41,954 nt of DNA from Thermoplasmata archaeon (GCA_030038895.1 JASHQX010000002.1:1-41954), one strand, 5' to 3'; positions 25,979-35,700 are shown, counted from the first letter of the stretch. Notes: generated by a model not told the origin, from the sequence alone. Numbers and translations: made by a program.

Positions 25979-26892
25979 ATCGACGCGAGCACGGAGGTGC
26001 GGAGGCCCTCGGCCTCGTAGAGCCGGCGGGCGGGCTCGTTCGACGAGGTCACCCACAGGCGAACGGACGAGTACCCGAGCGCACGGAGCGCCCGTATACC
26101 CCACCGGAACAGGAATCGACCGTAGCCGTGACCCCGATCGTTGGGGTCGACCATGAAGTCGAGGAAGATCGCCCGTTGGGGGGATTCTTCTCCGGTCAGG
26201 AGCGCCCCGACCAGCCGTGGAGGTTCCGATTCGATGATCGCGGTCGATGCTTCGTCCACGAACCGGCCGAGCTTGCCGTCCAGGAGGGCCCTGAGCATCT
26301 CCTCGTAGTCGGCGAGGCTCGGGCCGATCAGCAACTCGTCCACCGTGCCGGCGAACGAGCGTCGATCGAGGTCCGCCATCGCCTCGACCGTCACCGCCCG
26401 AATCGGTACCAACGTGACGCCGGACGGCAGGGGGGGCAGTGCCTCCTCGTCCGCCGGTCCGAGCGCTCGCTCCATCTTGTACCGCTCGATGATGCGCGAG
26501 CCCGGGCGACGCGCGAGACGTCCCATCAGCACCCGCTCGTCGTCCGCGGTAAGGCCGGTGAACCCCACGTCGATAGACTCCACATCCGACGGGAGGGCGT
26601 CCAGCATCGTCGTCGCGAGGCGGTCCCCGCGCTCTACCGCGTCGGGCCCAGGGCCGACGTGGACGTGCCCGAACGCGTCGTGCTCCTCGACGGAGTAGAA
26701 CGCGAGTCCTCCCCCGGTTGCGACCGGGAGGTACCAACCCACCTTGGTCCCCCGGTGGAGCTCGTTCGCGGTCTCCTCGACCCAGTTTCCCGTGACCGCC
26801 TCGTCGCGACGGCGGAGCTCTCGGCGAAGCAACTGCACGAGCTCCAAGAGCTCGTCGGACGGAGCCGCCGGGGTCGGTCGGGGGACGTCCAC
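25927..26892 (-). CDS. GNAT-family N-acetyltransferase (probably two-domain)
   Basis: C-terminal motif A VDPNDRGHGYGR and motif B NEPARRLYEAEG. GTG 26892 lies just after the prs stop. Confidence 0.8.
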   Translation of the reverse strand: MDVPRPTPAAPSDELLELVQLLRRELRRRDEAVTGNWVEETANELHRGTKVGWYLPVATGGGLAFYSVEEHDAFGHVHVGPGPDAVERGDRLATTMLDALPSDVESIDVGFTGLTADDERVLMGRLARRPGSRIIERYKMERALGPADEEALPPLPSGVTLVPIRAVTVEAMADLDRRSFAGTVDELLIGPSLADYEEMLRALLDGKLGRFVDEASTAIIESEPPRLVGALLTGEESPQRAIFLDFMVDPNDRGHGYGRFLFRWGIRALRALGYSSVRLWVTSSNEPARRLYEAEGLRTSVLASIYRWDRPETGPHPQTSR

Positions 26893-26906
26893 GCGACGGG
26901 CCTCGC

Positions 26907-27782
26907 TTAGGACGGCACCTGACGCCGCAGGATCGCGGCGATATCGGGCGCGACCGATGCCTTCTCCGCGGGGTTGCCCAGCGTATCGGTCGAGTAGACC
27001 TCGTCGGTCACCGCCTTGATCCGTTCGAACGCGTCTCGCAGGAAGAGGCCGTGCGTGCACGCGGCGCTGATCGCGCCGGCCCCCTCAGACTTGAGAAGCT
27101 TCGACGCTTCGACTATGGTCCCCCCCGTCGTGATGACGTCGTCCACGAGCACGACCTGCTTGCCCCGGACGGGAACGGCGTCGCTCGCCGGAAGCGACAG
27201 CTCGACATGCTCGGAATCGATCCGACGCTTTTCTAGGGCAAACCACGGCTTGTCAAGCAGCTGGGACATCCGCCGCACCCGTTCGATCCCGCCCCGGTCA
27301 GGCGAGACCAGCACGTCGGTCGGCCGTTCCCGAAGTAGACGCGCAATGGCGGGGATCCCACTCGCCTCGAATGCCGGCTTAGTGAAGTGGGCCAATGTCT
27401 GGGCGGAGTGAAGGTCGACCGTGATGACCGCGTCCGCATCCAGCTCAACGTGGCGGCAGAGGGCGCGAGCGCTGACCGGCTCGCCGGGAAAGAAGAGGCG
27501 GTCCTGGCGTGCGTAGCCGAAGTAGGGCACCACGACCATGATCCGTCGGGCGCCGGCCTCCCGCACCGCGTCCTCGAGCAGCAGGAGCTCAAGCAGGTCC
27601 GAATCGGTGCGCGTAGACTGGACGATGACCACCTCGTCGCCTTCCATGCGTCCACCAACCCGGACGTACATCTCGCCATCCGGGAACCGCTTGATGAACG
27701 GGATCGCGAAGGGGGCGTTCCCGAGTTCCCGTGACACCCGCTCGGCCAACGCAGTGGAGGCGGTTCCGCCAATGACATGCAT
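26907..27782 (-). CDS. prs: Ribose-phosphate pyrophosphokinase
   Basis: Motifs RFPDGEMYV, PYFGYARQD, VDLHS, SPDRGG, LVDDVITTGGT and CTHG. Confidence 0.95.
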   Translation of the reverse strand: MHVIGGTASTALAERVSRELGNAPFAIPFIKRFPDGEMYVRVGGRMEGDEVVIVQSTRTDSDLLELLLLEDAVREAGARRIMVVVPYFGYARQDRLFFPGEPVSARALCRHVELDADAVITVDLHSAQTLAHFTKPAFEASGIPAIARLLRERPTDVLVSPDRGGIERVRRMSQLLDKPWFALEKRRIDSEHVELSLPASDAVPVRGKQVVLVDDVITTGGTIVEASKLLKSEGAGAISAACTHGLFLRDAFERIKAVTDEVYSTDTLGNPAEKASVAPDIAAILRRQVPS

Positions 27783-27872
27783 CGAAAGCGTTCCCAATCG
27801 GCCGGACCCGGACGGTAACAAAAGCGTTGCTGACCCGAGGGTGCAGTACCAGCCCTTTCGAATGCACGCGGC

Positions 27873-29201
27873 CTAGAGGTCGTCGTCCTTGTCCGCCCGG
27901 GAACGCCGCTCCTTCCTCGAGGGCTTTACCCGGGGCCGAGGACGACCCCGCCGCGCGGAAGAGGAATCGGTCGTGCGGGAAGAGCTCTTCGAGCGCGCCG
28001 GCTCGTCGTCGTCTTCGTCCTCCTCATCGTCCGAGCGATGCCAGGGACGGAGCGACCGGAGCCACCCGCGTCGCTCGGTCTCTTCCTCGTCGTCCTCTTC
28101 TTCGGACTCGCGCTCCTCTTCCTCCTCTTCCTTCCGCAACGGGGTCTCGATTCCTTCGACCCGGAGCGCGTAATGGATTCCGACCGCGAGCAAGATGATT
28201 CCCGCGATCGTGAGTCCGAGGAACTGCCAGGACTGGGAAGGAACCAAACCGGCTTGGCCCGCGAGGAGGAGCTTGAGCGCTCCGAACCAGGGAATCATCC
28301 CTCGGGCGACCCCGACCACCCAGCCCGGCTCGACCAGCGTGCTGATCACCGGGACCGTTGCCCCTCCCTGGTCGGGCTCACCGATGCAGATGCCAGGGCC
28401 GGTGCACACGTAGTTGTTGTCACCCATCGTAAGGAAGCCGGAGTGCTCGCCAAGGGCGGGCGCCGCGAGGTTGAGCGATACGTTGACCGACATCCACCCG
28501 ATCCGGTAGAGGTCGAGCGTACCGGTGAGGTCGGTCGTCCGGCATTCCCCCGGGGTCCCGGGTGTCGCGTAGACCGCGCGAGATGAGTTCCCGCACGGCA
28601 GGCCCTCGAGATCGGGGGCGCTATAGGAGCGCGAGGCGGGGTTCCAGACGAGGAACAGGATGGCGCGATGGATGATCGGTGTGCCGCTGCCGCCATTCGG
28701 TTGATAGAGGAGGACGTCGCCGTACTCGCCGTAGGTCGAGTATCCTTCCCCCATCCCAACAACGTACGGAACAATCGTGCCATTCGGGACCTTCTGAGCG
28801 AGCACGAGGTCTCCCGTGTTGATGATGCCGAGGACGTCCGAGGAGCCGTGCTGCATGCTCGACGATTGGACGACGTAGACGGGGGGCCAGTTCTGGGTGT
28901 ACGCGTACAACCCGACCAGAAGGACGACGACGATCGCCAGCGCGACCAGCGGCTCGAAGTAGAGCGAGTCCCGCGCCCTCCAGAACACGCGGGGCCGGCC
29001 GGTCGTCTTCCCGACAGGGGCTTCCTCCTCCTCGTCCTCCTCGCCGGATCTCCAGCGCCGTACGGACTCGCGCCGGCGGTGCCTCTCGTGTTGCGTGACA
29101 TGTCGACGCGACGGACGACGGGATTTCCGTTCCTCCTCTTCCACGTCGTCGGAGTCGGGGTCCTCGTCGGGGTCCCCGCGCGATCCGTGCCCCCGGGCCA
29201 T
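27873..29201 (-). CDS. Signal peptidase I (S26B/Sec11-like) with charged terminal extensions
   Basis: TM segment followed by VVQSSSMQH (catalytic Ser), TGDL, PIIHRA (His) and TMGDNN. Second TM. D/E/R-rich N and C tails. Confidence 0.85.
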   Translation of the reverse strand: MARGHGSRGDPDEDPDSDDVEEEERKSRRPSRRHVTQHERHRRRESVRRWRSGEEDEEEEAPVGKTTGRPRVFWRARDSLYFEPLVALAIVVVLLVGLYAYTQNWPPVYVVQSSSMQHGSSDVLGIINTGDLVLAQKVPNGTIVPYVVGMGEGYSTYGEYGDVLLYQPNGGSGTPIIHRAILFLVWNPASRSYSAPDLEGLPCGNSSRAVYATPGTPGECRTTDLTGTLDLYRIGWMSVNVSLNLAAPALGEHSGFLTMGDNNYVCTGPGICIGEPDQGGATVPVISTLVEPGWVVGVARGMIPWFGALKLLLAGQAGLVPSQSWQFLGLTIAGIILLAVGIHYALRVEGIETPLRKEEEEEERESEEEDDEEETERRGWLRSLRPWHRSDDEEDEDDDEPARSKSSSRTTDSSSARRGRPRPRVKPSRKERRSRADKDDDL

Positions 29202-29348
29202 CGCAGCGGGCTTCGGCCCGAATCCCCATAACTCTTCGTGTCGATGGGCAGGTGGGCGCGATCCCTCCTCCCTGCTCTAACGATAGGAAATCAAGGATTA
29301 TCTCCTGGCTTGCTCACCGGGAGATCAGGGTTCGGGTGGGTGGCGGGG

Positions 29349-29978
29349 ATGCAGCGATTCGACATTTCCATGCCCCTCTACCGGGGGATGCCCGCGTTCC
29401 CCGGCGATCCCCCCTTCGGTTCGGAGCGGGCCCAATCGATGGACCGGGGCGACCCGTACAATCTGTCCGTGTTGACCCTGGGCTCGCATGTTGGGACGCA
29501 TGTGGATCCTCCGATTCACTTCGTCCGTGAGGGGGCCACGATCGACCGGATCGATCTCAGCATCCTCAATGGGCCCTGCCGTGTTGTTTCGATCCCGGAT
29601 TCGGCCGGATCGGTCGGCCCCCGAGAGCTATCGAGCGTTCCCAAGGGAACCGCGCGAGTCCTGCTGCGCACAGCGAACTCGGAACGGTGGCGGCAAACCC
29701 TCGAGTTTTTCCCGGACTACGTCGCTCTCGCGCCGGACGGGGCGGAGGCGCTGCTCGAACGGGGGACGCGTCTAGTGGGGATCGATTCGCTTTCGATCGA
29801 GCGGGACCCAACGAGACGCTATCCGGTGCATCACCGGCTGCTCGGGTCCGGAGCTCTGATCCTAGAAGGCCTCCTGCTCTCCGAGGTGCCTGCGGGGTCC
29901 TACGAACTGGAGTGCCTTCCGTTGCGCCTCAAGGACGGCGACGGAGGACCGGCCCGGGCGATCCTGACCTCTCCATAG
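29349..29978 (+). CDS. Cyclase-family metal hydrolase (kynurenine formamidase KynB-like)
   Basis: Motifs FPGDP, HVGTHVDPPIH, VGIDSLS, HHRLL, ILEGL and GDGGPARA. Confidence 0.85.
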   Translation: MQRFDISMPLYRGMPAFPGDPPFGSERAQSMDRGDPYNLSVLTLGSHVGTHVDPPIHFVREGATIDRIDLSILNGPCRVVSIPDSAGSVGPRELSSVPKGTARVLLRTANSERWRQTLEFFPDYVALAPDGAEALLERGTRLVGIDSLSIERDPTRRYPVHHRLLGSGALILEGLLLSEVPAGSYELECLPLRLKDGDGGPARAILTSP

Positions 29979-29987
29979 ATCCGCCTC

Positions 29988-30416
29988 ATGAGCATCGCCC
30001 CACCGGGTCCCGGATCCGCACCCCTTCCTCTCGCGACCGCGTCGTTCTACGTCCTCCTCGCGACCCTCGGGCTCTTCGTCGTCATGCTGCTGGTCCTGCG
30101 CACGTACCATCCGAACCGCAAACGCGGGCTCGAAGGGTACCTCGAAGCCGCGGGCGTCAGCCTCGCTTTCCTCGTCTTTTCGGTCCTATTGGTCGTCGCG
30201 ATCGCGCTCCATGATCCCGAAGGTAACCGGACCTCGTTCGCGGCGTACGAAACGATCCTCACCGGCTACTGGCTCGCCTTCGCGATACCGGTCGTCACGG
30301 TAGGAAGCTCGGTGCAGGGCCGCAGCCGCGGTGCCATCCACTGGCTCGTGCCGTCGATCGTGATCGCCGTGGCGATGTTCTTCGTGCTCTTCGCGTACTA
30401 TTACGCCGGGCACTAG
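29988..30416 (+). CDS. Hypothetical membrane protein (about 4 TM)
   Basis: Four hydrophobic segments; fits between the neighbouring genes. Confidence 0.7.
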   Translation: MSIAPPGPGSAPLPLATASFYVLLATLGLFVVMLLVLRTYHPNRKRGLEGYLEAAGVSLAFLVFSVLLVVAIALHDPEGNRTSFAAYETILTGYWLAFAIPVVTVGSSVQGRSRGAIHWLVPSIVIAVAMFFVLFAYYYAGH

Positions 30417-30431
30417 CCCGAGGGTAATCCC

Positions 30432-30617
30432 TCACGCATCGCGTTCGTTCGGGGGCAGGAGGTCGGGGATTCCATCGTCGATCGGGTAGTCGACCCCGCA
30501 CTTCGCGCAGTGGAGCGTGCCGGTGACGATGTCGGTCTCCTCCCGCTCGCGGGCCGTGAGCGTGAGCTCTCCCCGGCAGACCGGGCACCGAAGGATCTCG
30601 AGAAGCTCCGGTCTCAT
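30432..30617 (-). CDS. Trm112-family methyltransferase activator
   Basis: LLEILRCPVCRGEL...CAKCGVDYPIDDGIPDLLP. Overlaps the aIF2-gamma stop. Confidence 0.9.
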   Translation of the reverse strand: MRPELLEILRCPVCRGELTLTAREREETDIVTGTLHCAKCGVDYPIDDGIPDLLPPNERDA

Positions 30618-31849
30618 CTCGCCCCTCCCTCCACGATACCGTACCCGATCAGCCGCCAGGCGTTCAGACGCCGGGAGATCGCCACGCGGCTACCAGGGAA
30701 CACCGTGACCGCGCGGTTGAGCGAGAGCTCGACGTCGTCCCCGCGGGCGCTCGTCACCTTGCCACTCGCCACCGTGGTGCCCACGGTGATCGCAAGGAGC
30801 TCGCTCGTGCGGATCCGCTCGACCTTGATCTCCCGCTGGGCCCCGAGGACGCGGTCGAGAAGTGTCGCCTTGAGGCGGATCTTCTGGCTGACGGGTGGCA
30901 AGGTGCCGGCGGTGCCGATGAGGCGTCCGGTCAATCCGTCGCCCTTGGCCAGGGCGGGATCGAGGCCGGTCCCCAGGGCGGCGAGGCCGCCGGGATGAAG
31001 CTCGTCCCACTGCTGGCCCCCCGACACGATGGACGTGACGTGCGTGGTCATGGACTCGGTCATCGCAGTACCCTCGCCCAAGCGGCCCGGGCGGATCTCG
31101 ATCTCTTCGCCGACCGTGATCTTGCCCTGGAGAAGCGATCCCCCGAGGACGCCGCCGCGAAGGTCGCGTGGTCGGGTTCCCGGACGATTGACGTCGAACG
31201 AGCGGGCGACGTACATGAGGGGCGGCTTCGACGCATCCCGGGGAGGGGTCGGGATAACCTGCTCGATCGCGCCGATGAGCGCATCGATCCCGACCTTGTG
31301 GTTCGCGCTGACGGGGACGACCGGCGCACCCGAGATCGGTGAACCCTTGAGGAACTCCTCAATCTCCCCGTGGTTCTCGCTGGCCGCCTCTGCGGTGAGG
31401 AGGTCGATCTTGTTCTGGACCACCACGACCTTCCGGACGCCGATGATGTCGAGTGCATAGAGGTGCTCGCGCGTCTGGGGCTGGGGTACGTGCTCGTTGG
31501 CGGCGATCAGGAGGAGGGCCCCATCCATGATCGCGGCGCCCGAGAGCATTGTCTCCATCAGGGTCTCGTGGCCGGGGGCATCGACGAACGAGACCGCGCG
31601 AAGGAACTTCGCCTCCTTTCCGCACGACGGGCAGACCGGGGTGACCGAGTACCCGGTCGGCTCGGGACAGTCGGGGCATTTGTAGAACGCTGCGTCGGCG
31701 TACCCGAGCTTGATCGAGATCCCGCGCTTTAGCTCCTCGGAGTGGCGATCTGTCCACTCCCCGGTCAGCGCCTGGGTCAGCGTGGTCTTGCCGTGATCGA
31801 CGTGCCCGACAAGGCCGATGTTGACCTCGGGCTGGCGAGGGACCTTCAT
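30614..31849 (-). CDS. eif2g: Translation initiation factor 2 gamma subunit
   Basis: Motifs QPEVNIGLVGHVDHGKTT, RGISIKLGY, Zn knuckle, DAPGHE, QNKID and WRLIGYG. Confidence 0.97.
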   Translation of the reverse strand: MKVPRQPEVNIGLVGHVDHGKTTLTQALTGEWTDRHSEELKRGISIKLGYADAAFYKCPDCPEPTGYSVTPVCPSCGKEAKFLRAVSFVDAPGHETLMETMLSGAAIMDGALLLIAANEHVPQPQTREHLYALDIIGVRKVVVVQNKIDLLTAEAASENHGEIEEFLKGSPISGAPVVPVSANHKVGIDALIGAIEQVIPTPPRDASKPPLMYVARSFDVNRPGTRPRDLRGGVLGGSLLQGKITVGEEIEIRPGRLGEGTAMTESMTTHVTSIVSGGQQWDELHPGGLAALGTGLDPALAKGDGLTGRLIGTAGTLPPVSQKIRLKATLLDRVLGAQREIKVERIRTSELLAITVGTTVASGKVTSARGDDVELSLNRAVTVFPGSRVAISRRLNAWRLIGYGIVEGGAR

Positions 31850-32223
31850 GAGGCGCCGAAGAGCTCCGCGAGCGGTTTCGAACCCTTCTGTTCCACGATC
31901 AGGTTGATCTGCACGGTGTCCTCGCTGATCGTGTTGCCGCGGAACGTTCGGCGCTTGCGCATTCCCGCGCGGGGGGCGTTGAAGCCGAAACCGGAACCGA
32001 CGTAGAGCCGGGTCTGTCGGGCGCCCGGCAGATCCGGGCGGAGAGGGAAGCCGCTCTTGTCGGTGCCTCCGGTGATACGGAAGGTGTAACCCGTCGCCCC
32101 GATCAGCTCCCCCCCGATGGTCTCACCGATGCGCTTTCCGAGGAAGCCGGCGGCCTGGGGATCTCCGACGGTCCGCGCGAGGGACCGGGCCTCCTCCGCG
32201 ATCACGAGTTTGTACTCGACCAT
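31846..32223 (-). CDS. rps6e: 30S ribosomal protein S6e
   Basis: Motifs ITGGTDKSGFP, RKRRTFRGN and VQINL. S6e next to aIF2-gamma is a conserved archaeal order. Confidence 0.95.
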   Translation of the reverse strand: MVEYKLVIAEEARSLARTVGDPQAAGFLGKRIGETIGGELIGATGYTFRITGGTDKSGFPLRPDLPGARQTRLYVGSGFGFNAPRAGMRKRRTFRGNTISEDTVQINLIVEQKGSKPLAELFGAS

Positions 32224-32264
32224 GGGGTGCCACTGACGTGCGGCGGCGCGCCAGCGGTGGGGTC

Positions 32265-32271
32265 TTTATAA
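32265..32271 (-). promoter_or_regulatory. Putative TATA box for the rps6e-eif2g-trm112 operon
   Basis: TTATAAA on the minus strand, about 42-48 nt upstream of the rps6e ATG. Confidence 0.55.
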
Positions 32272-32407
32272 GGGTTGTTGAAAGATTCCCGCCGACCCGC
32301 AGTTTCGGCGCGCCCGTCGGGCTCGGCTGCGATTCGCTGCCGTCGGTCGTTGGAACCACGCGACTTTATCGGGGAGTCCTTCGTCGCCCGGCCGAGGCGA
32401 GTGGCGA

Positions 32408-33322
32408 TTGGACGAATTGGGTCCGGCGATACTGGGCGCCCAGATCGCGGTGCTGATCGGCGGATTCGGCTTCGCCGCGTTCGCGGACTGGCGGGACCGT
32501 GAGGTCTCGGACCATCTCTGGCAGGTGATGGGGGCCCTCGGCCTCGTGCTCGGCGTATGGCTATTCTCGAGCGGAGGAATTCTTCCCGTGGCCATCTGGG
32601 TCCTCGTTGGCGGGTTCACCTTTCAACACATGTTCGCCTGGACCTTCGGGCCGAGGTTCGAGCGGTTCGAGGATCTCTTCGATCTCGCTCTCTACCTGTT
32701 CGTCATCATCGTTGTCGCACTCGCGTCGATTCGATACGGGGTCGGGTCCAGCGCGGTCCCGTACGCCGTGATCGCCCTACTCGTCACCGTCCTCTTCGCT
32801 CGCGCCGCGTTCGAGGCGGGCCTCCTATTCGGAGGCGCGGACGCAAAGGCCCTCATGATCGCCGGAATCCTTATCCCGGTGTACTCCAGCCCGCTTCTCT
32901 ATGCCCCGATGGCAGTCGTACGGGTCAATTCGATCCTTCCCTTCCCCCTGAGTGTCCTGATGGACGCCGCGCTCTTCTCGGCGGCGATCCCGATCGCGGT
33001 GGTCGCCCGCAACGCCTACCGTGGCGAGCTCAACGGTTGGAAGTCGTTCACCGGTTACACGATCCCGGTACGGGAGCTTCCCCAACGGTACGTCTGGATT
33101 CGCAACCCCATGTCCCGGGACGCCCGTGCCGAAGAAGAGGAGATCGAAACGTCCGAGCAGGACCGCCTGCGGCGCGTCCGTGTCGCCCGCGAGCTCGCTG
33201 AGCGCGGGGTCGAGCGTGTCTGGGTCACGCCCCAGATTCCGTATCTCGTCCTGCTCGCGATTGGGGTCGTCACCGCGCTTCTGGCCGGCAATCTCGTGGT
33301 CGACCTGTTCACGCTCATCTAA
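32408..33322 (+). CDS. Prepilin/prearchaellin peptidase (A24, PibD/FlaK-like)
   Basis: Motifs ADWRDREVSD, GGADAKALM (GxGD-type aspartyl) and C-terminal VWVTPQIPYL. Multiple TMs. TTG start uncertain. Confidence 0.85.
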   Translation: MDELGPAILGAQIAVLIGGFGFAAFADWRDREVSDHLWQVMGALGLVLGVWLFSSGGILPVAIWVLVGGFTFQHMFAWTFGPRFERFEDLFDLALYLFVIIVVALASIRYGVGSSAVPYAVIALLVTVLFARAAFEAGLLFGGADAKALMIAGILIPVYSSPLLYAPMAVVRVNSILPFPLSVLMDAALFSAAIPIAVVARNAYRGELNGWKSFTGYTIPVRELPQRYVWIRNPMSRDARAEEEEIETSEQDRLRRVRVARELAERGVERVWVTPQIPYLVLLAIGVVTALLAGNLVVDLFTLI

Positions 33323-33370
33323 GGTCTGCCTGCGAAAGCTTTTCTCCGTCCCGTTCGTCGGTCGCTACCG

Positions 33371-33796
33371 GTGCCAGACTCTGAGGCCTTGGCGAAGTCC
33401 CACCCCATCCGGGTTCTCATCGCGAAGCCCGGTCTCGATGGGCATGACCGCGGGGCGAAGGTGGTCGCGCGCGCCCTCCGGGACGCGGGCATGGAGGTGA
33501 TCTACGCCGGGTTGCGCCAGACCCCCGAGGAGATCGTGCGGGCCGCGCTCGAGGAGGACGTCGACCTCATCGGACTTTCCATCCTATCGGGGGCGCACAT
33601 GGCCTTAATCCCTCGCGTCCTCACGCTCCTGAAGAAGAACAAGGCGGCGTCGATTCCCGTCTTCGCCGGCGGTATCATCCCCGACGAGGATGCCCGAAAA
33701 CTCCGCGCCGCCGGCGTGCGCGCGATTTTCGGCCCGGGTGCCTCGCTCGAACAGATTGTCTCGACTGCTCAGAAGCTGGCCCGATCGGCGGCATGA
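33371..33796 (+). CDS. Methylmalonyl-CoA mutase cobalamin-binding (small) subunit
   Basis: Motifs [15 protein letters not shown] (DxHxxG), GLSILSGAH and GGIIP. Confidence 0.93.
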   Translation: MPDSEALAKSHPIRVLIAKPGLDGHDRGAKVVARALRDAGMEVIYAGLRQTPEEIVRAALEEDVDLIGLSILSGAHMALIPRVLTLLKKNKAASIPVFAGGIIPDEDARKLRAAGVRAIFGPGASLEQIVSTAQKLARSAA

Positions 33797-34758
33797 AGGG
33801 GGCGCGTTCGCTCCCACCGGTGGCGCGGGCGATCGTCGGCGGGGACCGCCGAGCGCTCGCGCGTGCGATCACGGCGATCGAGAACGGCGACCCCGGCGCG
33901 GGCCCGGTCCTGAAAGCCCTCTTCTCGCGAGCGCGCCAGGTGCCGATCGTCGGCGTTGCCGGCCCGCTCGGAGTGGGCAAGTCGAGCCTCCTCAATCTCC
34001 TCGTCGGGCATCTGAGGGGCCTCGGACGTACGGTCGCGGTGATCGCGGTCGATCCCTCGAGTCCGTTCTCCGGAGGATCTGTCCTCGGCGACCGGATCCG
34101 GTTCGAGGGTCGCGCGGACGACCCGGGCGTCTTCTTCCGCTCGATGGCGAGCCGGGGCGCGGCGGGCGGTGTCGCGGCGGCAACGCTCGAGGCCGCGCGG
34201 GTCCTCGCCGCCGCGGGGTTCGACATCATCCTCGTCGAGACAGTCGGCAGCGGCCAAGTGGACGTGGCGATCCGGGAGATCGCGACCACCCGCGTGGTTG
34301 TCCTCGTCCCGCATCTCGGGGACGAGGTCCAGACGCTCAAGGCCGGCCTCTTCGAGATCGCCGATGTCTTCTGCGTGAACAAGACCGACCTGCCCGGGGC
34401 GGACTCGGCACAGCGCGATCTCGCTGATCTGGTCGCGATGTTCCCCGCCGGGTCTGGATGGGTACCGCGGATCGTCGGGACCTCCACGACGGTACCGAGA
34501 GGGATCGCCGAGCTGTGGGAGGCGATCCAGGCGCACGAGTCATTCCTCGACTCCTCGGGGACCCGTCGCGCGGGCGAGCGTCATCGACTCGCGACGGAGA
34601 TCGTCGGGCTCGTCCGCGACCGGGTCGGACGCGAGCTCACCCATCAGCTCGAGCGGGACGCCGACCTTCGCCGGCTCCTCGACCGGGTCGTTGCCCGGGA
34701 GATCGACCCCCGCACGGCGGCCGAGCGGCTGCGTCCAACCGTACGGCGCCAGTCCTAG
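33793..34758 (+). CDS. meaB: MeaB/ArgK GTPase, B12-mutase chaperone
   Basis: Motifs [45 protein letters not shown] and NKTD. Confidence 0.92.
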   Translation: MKGARSLPPVARAIVGGDRRALARAITAIENGDPGAGPVLKALFSRARQVPIVGVAGPLGVGKSSLLNLLVGHLRGLGRTVAVIAVDPSSPFSGGSVLGDRIRFEGRADDPGVFFRSMASRGAAGGVAAATLEAARVLAAAGFDIILVETVGSGQVDVAIREIATTRVVVLVPHLGDEVQTLKAGLFEIADVFCVNKTDLPGADSAQRDLADLVAMFPAGSGWVPRIVGTSTTVPRGIAELWEAIQAHESFLDSSGTRRAGERHRLATEIVGLVRDRVGRELTHQLERDADLRRLLDRVVAREIDPRTAAERLRPTVRRQS

Positions 34759-34762
34759 GTCT

Positions 34763-35338
34763 ATGGCCGGCTCGTTGGTGGACGTCGCAATCCTACTGTT
34801 CGTTCTTGCGGCGATCCTTGCCTACTTCATTTTCGCCTCGTTCGCTTTTGGCGCCGGGTACCAGCCCACCCCCCAGCGCTCGGTCGAGGCGATGCTCCGG
34901 TACGCCGAGGTGGGGCCCGAGGATACTGTGTACGACCTCGGGGCGGGAACCGGAGCGATCGTCTTCCGTGCGGCGAGGATCTACCGTGCTCGGGTCGTCG
35001 GGACGGAGGTCGAACCGATCCGGGTGCTCATCCTCCGGCTCCGACGGCGGTTCGGTCCGGCGGCCGATCGGATCACCATCCGCTGGGGAAACCTCTTTTC
35101 CCAGGACTTCCGCCCGGCGACCGTGGTGACCGCGTTCCTCTGGCCGGGCGCGATGGCGCGGCTCCGGCCCAAGTTCGAATCCGAGCTCGCCCCCGGGGCG
35201 CGCGTGGTGAGCTACTATCACCCGATGGTCGGATGGACGGCGGAGAAGGAGGACCCAGAGACGATGGTATACCTCTACCGGTGGCCGGATGCACGGCGAC
35301 CTACGCCGGAGGAGTCCGGTGTTACGGGTGGTAGATGA
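34763..35338 (+). CDS. Membrane-anchored class I SAM methyltransferase (FAM173/aKMT-like)
   Basis: N-terminal TM, then GAGYQPTP, YDLGAGTG, VVTAFLWP, ELAPGARVVS and VYLYRW. Confidence 0.8.
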   Translation: MAGSLVDVAILLFVLAAILAYFIFASFAFGAGYQPTPQRSVEAMLRYAEVGPEDTVYDLGAGTGAIVFRAARIYRARVVGTEVEPIRVLILRLRRRFGPAADRITIRWGNLFSQDFRPATVVTAFLWPGAMARLRPKFESELAPGARVVSYYHPMVGWTAEKEDPETMVYLYRWPDARRPTPEESGVTGGR

Positions 35339-35450
35339 ACCAGAAGCCTGCTCCGACCGCGAAGACCGCGAGGATCACGAGGCCTCCAACGATCCACCCT
35401 AGGTTGGCCCCCCGCGTGTCCTCCCTGGCCGCCGGATGACCCATCCCCAT
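35322..35450 (-). CDS. Single-TM microprotein (about 42 aa)
   Basis: MGMGHPAAREDTRGANLGWIVGGLVILAVFAVGAGFWFIYHP, with a GGTGA Shine-Dalgarno-like element just upstream of ATG 35450. Confidence 0.55.
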   Translation of the reverse strand: MGMGHPAAREDTRGANLGWIVGGLVILAVFAVGAGFWFIYHP

Positions 35451-35490
35451 TCCGTCACCCCAACCTACGTGCGAGGCGGCCCTCCGGCGG

Positions 35491-35622
35491 TCATGGGATC
35501 GGTCCACCGATCAGGCCGTTGAAGCCGAGGTAGAGGATGAGGGCGCCGGCCGCGATCGCGACCGCGAAGACGACCACGAGGAACTTCAGCGGGACTGCGG
35601 GGGTCGGATTGGCGGCAGCCAT
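35491..35622 (-). CDS. Single-TM microprotein (43 aa; below ORF-track cutoff)
   Basis: Translated by hand: MAAANPTPAVPLKFLVVVFAVAIAAGALILYLGFNGLIGGPIP*. Codon usage has high GC3. Confidence 0.6.
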   Translation of the reverse strand: MAAANPTPAVPLKFLVVVFAVAIAAGALILYLGFNGLIGGPIP

Positions 35623-35700
35623 GGCCGCGAGTAGCCGGTGGAATTCAAGTATCCGTCGTAGGAACTCGGGACCCGCACTCGCTAGAGGAGTTATGGCGGG

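Noticed and set aside
29207-29220. Perfect CGGGC-TTCG-GCCCG hairpin
   Set aside because: Only 5 bp in GC-rich DNA. It lies in the promoter zone of the minus-strand gene and has no U-tract, so it is not supportable as a terminator or RNA.
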